A DNA stretch of 44,794 nucleotides, taken from the NCBI GenBank assembly GCA_018062505.1, contig JAGOSA010000003.1, forward strand, positions 1 to 44,794, read 5' to 3'. The DNA comes from Minisyncoccota bacterium (lineage in GTDB: Bacteria; Patescibacteriota; Minisyncoccia; Phycocordibacterales; UBA9973). Of this stretch, positions 1 to 7,301 are shown piece after piece (position 1 is the stretch's first letter; each line of letters opens with the position of its first letter). The notes beneath the pieces were generated by a model. That model saw only the letters and a program-made list of their open reading frames with translations, was not told where the DNA came from and did no database searches. Made by a program: the position numbers and the translations under genes.

Positions 1-250
1 CACATTCTATATTCGTTTTTAACGGAGAATAGCATTGATCTGGTCGGTATTCTGTGCCTCAATTGAGCACAGAAGGTTTTGGCAGAGTACCAAACTGCAT
101 GACTCAGGAGAAAGAACCTGTGTATGGTGTTAAGAACACTATTGAACGGAACAAAAGAGCATATCTTTTGTGTCTGGTTTACAAAAACATTTCGCACAAA
201 CTATTTTCATATTTCAACCATATTTGAGGATACTCAAGTAAGAATAAAAG

Positions 251-296
251 CCGCTCGGGCCAGATCTCAAGATCTCGCTCGGCGGTTTTTGTTTTT
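251..296 (+). terminator. Rho-independent terminator
   Basis: About 15-bp imperfect hairpin (ccgc-cgggc-agatc / tcaa loop / gatct-gctcg-gcgg) followed by TTTTTGTTTTT. The only upstream coding candidates are a 42-codon ORF (99..227) and an open frame running in from the window edge (1..66). Confidence 0.55.
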
Positions 297-379
297 GCCG
301 GTATTTGTTATCCCCGTTTTGTGAAGGTTTATCTAAGTTGTCTGAGTATAATTAGCCCATATTAGTTTAACTATTTTTC

Positions 380-1816
380 ATGGAATATTCTCACAAACAT
401 TCTAAATTCGTTTTGCTCGTAATGGCTGGGATTGCAGTGATCACTTTGTTTGCAGCAAGTTATACCATGTTTTCTGGCCGCAATATTAAAAATGCAGCCC
501 AAGACAACACGGGTGCAGTAATCGATTCAAAATCGCTGGCTGTTGATAAAAAAACTAATTCTGAGGTATTGCTATCATCGCAGGAGAAAGTTTTTGTAGC
601 AGGTGGAAGCGGCGCGTCTGTTTCGTACGATGGATTTTCATGGAAACAGCTAACAAGCACACTGTTCCCAACCAGGATTAACCACGAAACAGTTTTCTTT
701 AACGGGAAATTATACGCACTAGCTGGATATTCATATCAATCAAGTTCTTCTGTAAATGAGGTAATAGAATCTACCGACGGCATTACTTGGAGGACCGTAG
801 TTGCTAATGGCAGTGCCCCATGGCCAGCTAGTCAATTCATGGGGATAGCCGTTTTTAAGGGTAAGCTTTGGATCCTAGGAGGCGGTTATGGAACTACTCC
901 TACGGTTTGGTCATCTACTGATGCAATTTCTTGGACTCAAGTGACGACAGGTCATAATTCGGGGCCTTACGGAGTAATTAATAACGTGGCTGTATACGAT
1001 AATGCTATGTGGGTAAAAGGGAGTATGACTTTGTGGAAATCTACCGACGGCATTAATTGGACAGACCTATCTCAACATTTGCCAACACCAATAATATCTA
1101 TACCAAGCGGGAATTGGTCGACAAGTCGCAAATTATTATCATTTAATAATAAACTGTGGCTTATTGGCGGAGACGCCTACTCGACTACTGATGGTGTTAC
1201 TTGGAGCCATACCTATAGTGGTTCCGATCTGCCCCAAAGCAATCATCTGGTATACACTCTAAATAATATGATGTATGCTCTGGGGTCTAGTACAATTAAT
1301 CCGCACTCTACCCCTACTGTTTTTTACTCAGGGGATGGGATAACATGGCGATCCAGGACCCTAACATCTCCTCCTGACATTGGGGCGATGGCATATACTG
1401 ACGCTGTTCTTGTTCCTCGTACTTTTGGGGTTCCCGACCTTACTATTAGTTCACTCACTTTCGATCAGACAACAACTCACCAGAGCCTTACTAGTCCTCA
1501 GGTATTTTTTACATTTAACGTAAGAAATAACAGCAATATGTCCAGCACTTTGCCTGCTGGAACATACTTTACTTTGTATTATTCAACCAATGGCGGAGCG
1601 ACATATATTCCTATCAGCAATTACGCACTGTCCGCTCCTGTCCCTTTTCCAGCGCAGCAAAGCATAAGCTTGGCTTCTGAAACCTTTGTTTCTCCCAATA
1701 TGCGAGCCTCACTTGGGACCTATCAAGTAAAGATGACCGCTGATGTGACAGGGCTTGTTCAAGAAATGAATGAAAATAATAACGATTTTTTGGGCACATT
1801 AACTATTGTCCAATAG
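380..1816 (+). CDS. Membrane-anchored/secreted Kelch-like beta-propeller protein with C-terminal CARDB-like domain
   Basis: N-terminal TM helix (FVLLVMAGIAVITLFAA). Repeated blades of the type GKLYALAG / GKLWILGG / NKLWLIGG, each followed by STDGITW / STDAISW / STDGINW / TTDGVTW / SGDGITW. The C-terminal Ig-like part ends in EMNENNNDF, the typical CARDB ending. Confidence 0.7.
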   Translation: MEYSHKHSKFVLLVMAGIAVITLFAASYTMFSGRNIKNAAQDNTGAVIDSKSLAVDKKTNSEVLLSSQEKVFVAGGSGASVSYDGFSWKQLTSTLFPTRINHETVFFNGKLYALAGYSYQSSSSVNEVIESTDGITWRTVVANGSAPWPASQFMGIAVFKGKLWILGGGYGTTPTVWSSTDAISWTQVTTGHNSGPYGVINNVAVYDNAMWVKGSMTLWKSTDGINWTDLSQHLPTPIISIPSGNWSTSRKLLSFNNKLWLIGGDAYSTTDGVTWSHTYSGSDLPQSNHLVYTLNNMMYALGSSTINPHSTPTVFYSGDGITWRSRTLTSPPDIGAMAYTDAVLVPRTFGVPDLTISSLTFDQTTTHQSLTSPQVFFTFNVRNNSNMSSTLPAGTYFTLYYSTNGGATYIPISNYALSAPVPFPAQQSISLASETFVSPNMRASLGTYQVKMTADVTGLVQEMNENNNDFLGTLTIVQ

Positions 1817-1868
1817 CGAAAATCGCTGTGTTTTATTTAACATGTAGTAGTTAATTGGATATTTGTCT

Positions 1869-2390
1869 ATGGAAACAATTACCCCAGCAAAAATCAGGAG
1901 AGGAATATTTTTGGCGCTCTTTGTGCTCATTTTGCTGAGCGGTTTATACTCTTTTGCCGAAAAGCAAAATACAAATAAAGATATTGGGAGCCAAGGAAAC
2001 AGTATTGGCAGTAGCGAAATCAAAACACTTACCATCCGCGGTGCTGCTTACGAAGTTGAAGTCGAAAAAGACGAAGCAGACTTATCCAAAGGCCTCGGTG
2101 GCAGGGAAATGCTCGCGCAAAATGCCGGCATGCTCTTTGTTTTTGATACGCCTAGTGAGTATGGCTTCTGGATGAAGGATACGCTCATCCCACTCGACAT
2201 GATTTGGATTTCAGAGGGCAAAAAGATCGTCCATATAGAGAAAAATGTACAACCTAGCTCGTATCCAACTGTTTATTCTAATGAACTGAATGCAGAAGAT
2301 GGCTCTGATGCTGCGCTCTATGTGCTTGAACTTAATGCAGGCGAGAGTGAAGCAAACCAATTTGCAGTTGGCGACGAAGTTTCATTTTAA
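1869..2390 (+). CDS. DUF192 family protein (N-terminal TM anchor)
   Basis: Motif GLGGRE..AGMLFVFD....FWMKDTLIPLDMIWI matches the DUF192/COG1430 signature. ATG at 1869 is preferred over the TTG at 1863. Confidence 0.75.
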   Translation: METITPAKIRRGIFLALFVLILLSGLYSFAEKQNTNKDIGSQGNSIGSSEIKTLTIRGAAYEVEVEKDEADLSKGLGGREMLAQNAGMLFVFDTPSEYGFWMKDTLIPLDMIWISEGKKIVHIEKNVQPSSYPTVYSNELNAEDGSDAALYVLELNAGESEANQFAVGDEVSF

Positions 2391-2565
2391 AAATGCTGTA
2401 GCGCGCTAGTTTCAAAGGCGATTCTAAGTGTGCTTCTTTACATCCGAACGCATATGTTTCTTGAAGCTAATTTTTGAGTAATCCACATAGTTCGACACAG
2501 CTTATTTAGTTAAAATATATTTACCTCAAGTGGGGAATTATAAGCTAGTTTTTTCTATTTTTGCT

Positions 2566-5337
2566 ATGACTATTGAATTTGTTAAGAAGCGCAGCGGGGA
2601 CGTCATGCCGTTTGACATCCAACGCATACAGAAGGCCGTTGCCTCAGCCTATACAGCCTGTGGTATCGAAGCTACCGACGACCTTTTCTCTGAAATTGCC
2701 CTTGCAGTTTCAGCTGAGCTCGAATCGACGATGCCGGACAACACTCCGCACGTCGAACAAATTCAAAACCTTGTAGAAAAACTGATTGCTGACAAAGGCC
2801 ACTTTGAAGTCTCTCGCGCGTACATCTTGTATCGCGCTGAACGAAGCCGCATGCGCGCCGAAAAGGAAAAAGAGCGCATGGAAAAGATCTCAAAGAACGA
2901 GATTACGATCGAAAAGCGCAATGGCGAGCTTTCAACACTCAATGTTGAAGAAATCCGAAAGGCCGTTGCTTTCCATTCAAAAGGATATGAAGCATTTATC
3001 GACGTTGAAGACATTGTTACGCTTACAAAGCGCAACCTCTACGACGGTATTTCAACACCTGAGATCAATAAGGCTGTCATCATGGCGCTCAAGTCTCGCA
3101 TCGAGCGCGATCACGCTTACTCTCTTGTTGCTGCGCGATTTTTGATCAATGAAAACTACCACGAAGTTCTTGGCGTCAGTGAAATGAGCCCAGAATTCGA
3201 AAGTAAGTACCGTTCAGAGTTCGAAGTGCAGATCAAGCGCGGCATCGAAGACAAGCGCCTTGATACTCGCATGGCTAACTTTGATTTCAAGCAGCTTTCG
3301 GCTGCCCTCACACCAGAAGACGACAAACTTTTTACATTCCTCGGTGCGCAGACTCTCTATGATCGCTACTTCCTCCGCGACCATGAACAGAAATTCCTCG
3401 AAACTCCTCAGTACTTCTGGATGCGTATTGCCATGGGTCTCGCTTTGCTTGAAAAAGATCCAACAGCTGTCGCTATCGAATTTTACGCAGCGATGTCGAA
3501 GATTCTCTATATCCCTTCGACTCCAACGCTTCTTCACTCTGGAACAACACATCCTCAGATGTCTTCTTGCTACCTTACGACTGTCGAAGACGACCTTCAC
3601 CACATCTTTAAGTGTATTGGCGACAATGCGCAGCTTGCAAAGTGGTCAGGCGGTATTGCAAACGACTGGACAAACATCCGCGCGACAAATGCTCAGATCA
3701 AATCAATCAACACAGGCAGCCAGGGCGTTATTCCTTTCCTCAAGATTGTTGATGCAACAACTGCGTCAATCAATCGTTCAGGCAAGCGCCGCGGTGCTAC
3801 TGTCGTTTACCTCGAAACATGGCACGCTGACATCGAAGAATTCCTAGATCTCCGCAAAAACACTGGTGACGATCGCCGCCGCACACATGACATCAACACT
3901 GCTCACTGGATTCCAGACCTTTTCATGAAGCGTGTCGAGCAAGATGAATATTGGACACTCTTCTCTCCAGAAGAAGTTCCTGAGCTTCACCACATCTACG
4001 GCAAGGCTTTTGAGGAAAAGTACACACACTATGAAAAGATGGCTGACGAAGGCAAAATTGCCATGTTCAAGCGCATTCCAGCGGCTCAGATGTGGAGAAA
4101 GATGATTACGATGCTTTTCGAAACTGGCCACCCTTGGATTACTTTCAAGGATCCATCAAACATTCGCTCTCCGCAGGATCACGTTGGCGTCATTCACTCT
4201 TCAAACCTCTGCACAGAAATCATGCTCAATACTTCTGCTGAAGAAACAGCTGTTTGTAACCTCGGCTCAGTCAACTTGCCAATGCACATCGTAGACGGCA
4301 AGCTCGACAAAGAAAAAATGGCTCACACTATTGCTGTCGGTATGCGCATGCTTGATGCTGTTATTGATATCAACTTCTACCCAACACCAGAAGGCCAAGT
4401 TTCAAACTTCCGCCATCGCCCAGTTGGCCTCGATATCATCGGTTTCCAAGATGTTCTCTATAAAGTCGGCCTTAGCTTTGATACACAGGAAGCTGTCGAA
4501 TACTCTGACGAGCTCATGGAATTCGTTTCGTACCATGCAATCTTGAACTCTTCTATTCTTGCCAAGGAAAAGGGCGCTTACCCAAGCTATAAGGGTTCGA
4601 AGTGGGATCGCAATTTGTTCCCAATCGACACACTTGATCTTCTTGAAGCAGAACGCGGCGTACCGATCGAAATCGATCGTACTGTGCGCATGGATTGGGC
4701 TCCTGTTCGCGAACATGTCAAAAAGTACGGCATGCGCAATTCGAACACTATGGCTATTGCTCCGACAGCAACTCGCTCCAACATCTCTGGCTGCTTGCCA
4801 TCGATCGAGCCGATCTACAAGAACCTCTACGTTAAGTCTAACTTCTCTGGCGAATTCACAATCGTGAACCACCACTTGATCGAAGAGCTCCGACCTCTCG
4901 GCCTTTGGAACAATTCTGTCATCCAGAAGCTCAAGCACTTTGACGGTTCGCTCAAGAACATCCACGAAATCCCTGAGCACATCCGCAACAAGTACAAGGA
5001 AGTCTTCGAAATCGATGCGCTCTGGATCATCAAGCACGCTGCAAAGCGCGGCAAGTGGATTGACCAGTCTCAGTCGATCAACATCTTTACAAGCTCACAG
5101 TCAGGCAAGCTCATCGGCGACGTCTACATGGCGGCTTGGAACATGGGCCTCAAGACGACATACTACCTCCGAACGCTTGGCGCGACATCTGTCGAGAAGT
5201 CGACTATGGACATCAACAAGGACTACAGCATTCCTGAAGCTTCTCCTGAGCTGATCATTCCATCGACAGCAGACATGTCTGCCTCAAAGCCTGAAGTATT
5301 TGTCTTTGAAGGGGAGATTTGCGAGTCTTGTACATAG
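2566..5337 (+). CDS. nrdA: Ribonucleotide-diphosphate reductase alpha subunit (class I, with N-terminal ATP-cone)
   Basis: ATP-cone (VKKRSGDVMPFDIQRIQKAV). Catalytic core motifs SSCYL, NLCTEI, AIAPTAT. C-terminal Cys pair (CESCT). Start set at ATG 2566 (MTIEFVKKRSG) rather than GTG 2530. Confidence 0.95.
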   Translation: MTIEFVKKRSGDVMPFDIQRIQKAVASAYTACGIEATDDLFSEIALAVSAELESTMPDNTPHVEQIQNLVEKLIADKGHFEVSRAYILYRAERSRMRAEKEKERMEKISKNEITIEKRNGELSTLNVEEIRKAVAFHSKGYEAFIDVEDIVTLTKRNLYDGISTPEINKAVIMALKSRIERDHAYSLVAARFLINENYHEVLGVSEMSPEFESKYRSEFEVQIKRGIEDKRLDTRMANFDFKQLSAALTPEDDKLFTFLGAQTLYDRYFLRDHEQKFLETPQYFWMRIAMGLALLEKDPTAVAIEFYAAMSKILYIPSTPTLLHSGTTHPQMSSCYLTTVEDDLHHIFKCIGDNAQLAKWSGGIANDWTNIRATNAQIKSINTGSQGVIPFLKIVDATTASINRSGKRRGATVVYLETWHADIEEFLDLRKNTGDDRRRTHDINTAHWIPDLFMKRVEQDEYWTLFSPEEVPELHHIYGKAFEEKYTHYEKMADEGKIAMFKRIPAAQMWRKMITMLFETGHPWITFKDPSNIRSPQDHVGVIHSSNLCTEIMLNTSAEETAVCNLGSVNLPMHIVDGKLDKEKMAHTIAVGMRMLDAVIDINFYPTPEGQVSNFRHRPVGLDIIGFQDVLYKVGLSFDTQEAVEYSDELMEFVSYHAILNSSILAKEKGAYPSYKGSKWDRNLFPIDTLDLLEAERGVPIEIDRTVRMDWAPVREHVKKYGMRNSNTMAIAPTATRSNISGCLPSIEPIYKNLYVKSNFSGEFTIVNHHLIEELRPLGLWNNSVIQKLKHFDGSLKNIHEIPEHIRNKYKEVFEIDALWIIKHAAKRGKWIDQSQSINIFTSSQSGKLIGDVYMAAWNMGLKTTYYLRTLGATSVEKSTMDINKDYSIPEASPELIIPSTADMSASKPEVFVFEGEICESCT

Positions 5338-5360
5338 TAGTTTTTAACGAATTTTTAGAC

Positions 5361-5387
5361 AAAAAAGCACCGATTTGGTGCTTTTTT
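5361..5387 (+). terminator. Rho-independent terminator between nrdA and nrdB
   Basis: aaaaaAGCACCgatttGGTGCTttttt. The stem is flanked by an A-run and a T-run. Confidence 0.7.
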
Positions 5388-5446
5388 GTTAATCAGTCCT
5401 CGTGCTATACTGTCACTATTATCACTCAATATTAAAATAATTTTCC

Positions 5447-6454
5447 ATGGCTCAAGACCCAAAAACAATTCTCAATAACAGCTCAACTGACCCAAACAAG
5501 ATCCTTCCGATGAAGTACAAGTGGGCGCGCACGCACTACAAAAACGGCGTGGCGAACAACTGGACTCCTGAAGAGGTGAATATGCAGAAAGACTTTGAGA
5601 CTTGGAAAAATCCGGCTGGACTTACTGATGACGAGCGCCGCTTGATCATGTGGAACATGGGCTTTTTCTCGACTGCAGAATCTCTCACAGCGAACAACAT
5701 CGTCCTCTCGATTTACCGCCACATCACAAACCCTGAGTGCCGCCAGTATTTGCTCCGACAAGCATACGAAGAAGCTGTGCACACTGATACATTCATCTAC
5801 TGCTGCGATACTCTTTCGCTCGATCCGGACGAAGTCTACACAATGTACACAAAGATCCCTTCGATCTCAGCCAAAGACGAATTTGTCGTCAATATGACAA
5901 AGTCGATTTTCGACAGCAACTTCAAGACTGATTCGACAGAGAACATCCAGAAGTTCGTCCATGACCTTGTCGGCTACTACATCATCATGGAAGGAATCTT
6001 CTTCTACGCAGGTTTCGTCATGATGCTTTCATTCCTTCGCCAGAATAAAATGGTTGGTATCGGCGAGCAGTTCCAATTCATTCTCCGCGACGAATCTGTT
6101 CACCTCGCTTTCGGCGCAGATTTGATCAATGAAATCAAAAAGGAAAACCCAGAAATCTGGACAGACGCTTTCAAGAAAGATATTTCTGACAAGATTAAAG
6201 AAGCTGTCGTTCTCGAAAATGCTTACGCAGACGACTGTTTGCCGCGCGGCATCCTCGGCTTGAACGCTGCAACTGTAAAAGACTACGTCGAATACATCGC
6301 TGACCGCCGGCTCGAACGCATTGGCCTTCCGAAAGTTTACGGCAAGGAAAATCCATTCCCGTGGATGTCTGAAATCATGGACCTCAAGAAAGAAAAGAAC
6401 TTCTTTGAAACTCGCGTTACTGAGTACAAGACAGGGGAGCTCAATTGGGACTAG
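5447..6454 (+). CDS. nrdB: Ribonucleotide reductase beta subunit, class Ic-type (R2c-like)
   Basis: Ferritin-like R2 fold with EEAVH and RDESVH metal motifs. Phe stands at the radical-Tyr position (EEAVHTDTF). The first ligand is Glu rather than Asp (FFSTAESL). Long stretches match my recollection of Chlamydia trachomatis R2c (GYYIIMEGIFFY.GFVM.LSF.RQNKM.GIGEQ, CLPRGILGL, NPFPWMSE, KEKNFFETRV). Confidence 0.93.
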   Translation: MAQDPKTILNNSSTDPNKILPMKYKWARTHYKNGVANNWTPEEVNMQKDFETWKNPAGLTDDERRLIMWNMGFFSTAESLTANNIVLSIYRHITNPECRQYLLRQAYEEAVHTDTFIYCCDTLSLDPDEVYTMYTKIPSISAKDEFVVNMTKSIFDSNFKTDSTENIQKFVHDLVGYYIIMEGIFFYAGFVMMLSFLRQNKMVGIGEQFQFILRDESVHLAFGADLINEIKKENPEIWTDAFKKDISDKIKEAVVLENAYADDCLPRGILGLNAATVKDYVEYIADRRLERIGLPKVYGKENPFPWMSEIMDLKKEKNFFETRVTEYKTGELNWD

Positions 6455-6502
6455 TGCCGATTGCAATCCCCATATATAGATAGTCTTAAGCGGTTATTCG
6501 AC

Positions 6503-6508
6503 TATAAT
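6503..6508 (+). promoter_or_regulatory. -10 box (TATAAT) 9 nt upstream of ATG 6518
   Basis: acTATAATtgattcattATG. No Shine-Dalgarno motif. Part of a recurrent pattern in this window. Confidence 0.4.
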
Positions 6509-6517
6509 TGATTCATT

Positions 6518-7240
6518 ATGAAACATAAATCACTTCTTATCGTCGCTGCTGTGCTTGGTCTTGTCGCCATTGTTTTTGTTTTTGCATCTGGTTCATCTGC
6601 ACTTAATAATGCTCAAGTGCAGACAGGCCCAGACACTGCTGCAGTGGCTCAGGCAACAATTCCTGATTCAATAAATGTTAATACAAAAACTCCACAAGCA
6701 GCTGCTCCAGACAGCAAGCTTGTTAAAAGAGCTAGTGCTGCCTGCGGTTCAGTGCTGGTTGCATTTACACAGCTCCCAGTAACAGCTTCAATGGTTGATA
6801 ATTACCCAGTTGGAGCACCATTCCCAGCAGATCAGACTCCGATGCGCATTAAAATTACAAACAATAGCACATGTACAGAGACTGTTTCCTATATTGATTT
6901 CCCAGTTGTCTCACGAACTGGTGGTGTTAACTTCGGTGGTGGATTGCTAACAGATGCAAATTCAGGAGCAATTTACAGTCAATTGTTCTCCAGAGCGTTC
7001 TGGGATATTGATTCAGTCTATGCACCTATGGACACAGTAGGTGCACCGATTGTCCTTGCTCCAAATGCGACTGTCGAGATTGATGTTAAACTTCAAAACA
7101 TTCATCAGGTTAATCTTCAAAATACAGGATTTTACGATTACTTTGCGGTTGGCCTTGGAACGATATATACAACAGATGGATCAAGCCAAATGTTTCGCAA
7201 TGATTTCAATTATTTCAGCAAGATCATGGAGGTTCAATAG
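6518..7240 (+). CDS. Secreted/anchored hypothetical protein
   Basis: N-terminal hydrophobic helix (SLLIVAAVLGLVAIVFVFA). No recognised domain. Followed by a strong terminator. Confidence 0.6.
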   Translation: MKHKSLLIVAAVLGLVAIVFVFASGSSALNNAQVQTGPDTAAVAQATIPDSINVNTKTPQAAAPDSKLVKRASAACGSVLVAFTQLPVTASMVDNYPVGAPFPADQTPMRIKITNNSTCTETVSYIDFPVVSRTGGVNFGGGLLTDANSGAIYSQLFSRAFWDIDSVYAPMDTVGAPIVLAPNATVEIDVKLQNIHQVNLQNTGFYDYFAVGLGTIYTTDGSSQMFRNDFNYFSKIMEVQ

Positions 7241-7255
7241 AAAACTAACTAGCAA

Positions 7256-7290
7256 AATAAAAAATCCCCATACGGGGATTTTTTATTTTA
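7256..7290. terminator. Bidirectional rho-independent terminator
   Basis: aaaaaAATCCCCatacGGGGATTttttatttt, lying between convergent genes 6518..7240 (+) and 7302..9938 (-). Confidence 0.8.
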
Positions 7291-7301
7291 AGTAATAAGT
7301 A

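Noticed and set aside
124-324. 66-aa ORF near the window start
   Set aside because: It reads through the terminator hairpin at 251..296. A 42-codon ORF (99..227) ending before the terminator is possible, but I cannot support it beyond its position.
2440-2565. NrdR box or B12 riboswitch upstream of nrdA (and upstream of nrdB at 5388..5446)
   Set aside because: ccacatagttcgacacag is not a 16-bp NrdR-type palindrome and there is no paired second box. No B12-box (GCCACUG-like) or riboswitch-like conserved core was seen.
2573-5254. Numerous 60-211-aa ORFs in alternative frames and on the opposite strand of nrdA (for example 4402..5037 minus). The same occurs inside dnaE (for example 32316..32876), secA, the 7302..9938 adhesin (8189..8920) and the cohesin genes (27443..27973)
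   Set aside because: They are fully embedded in strongly supported long CDSs, with Arg/Ser/Leu-rich shadow-frame composition and no independent signals.
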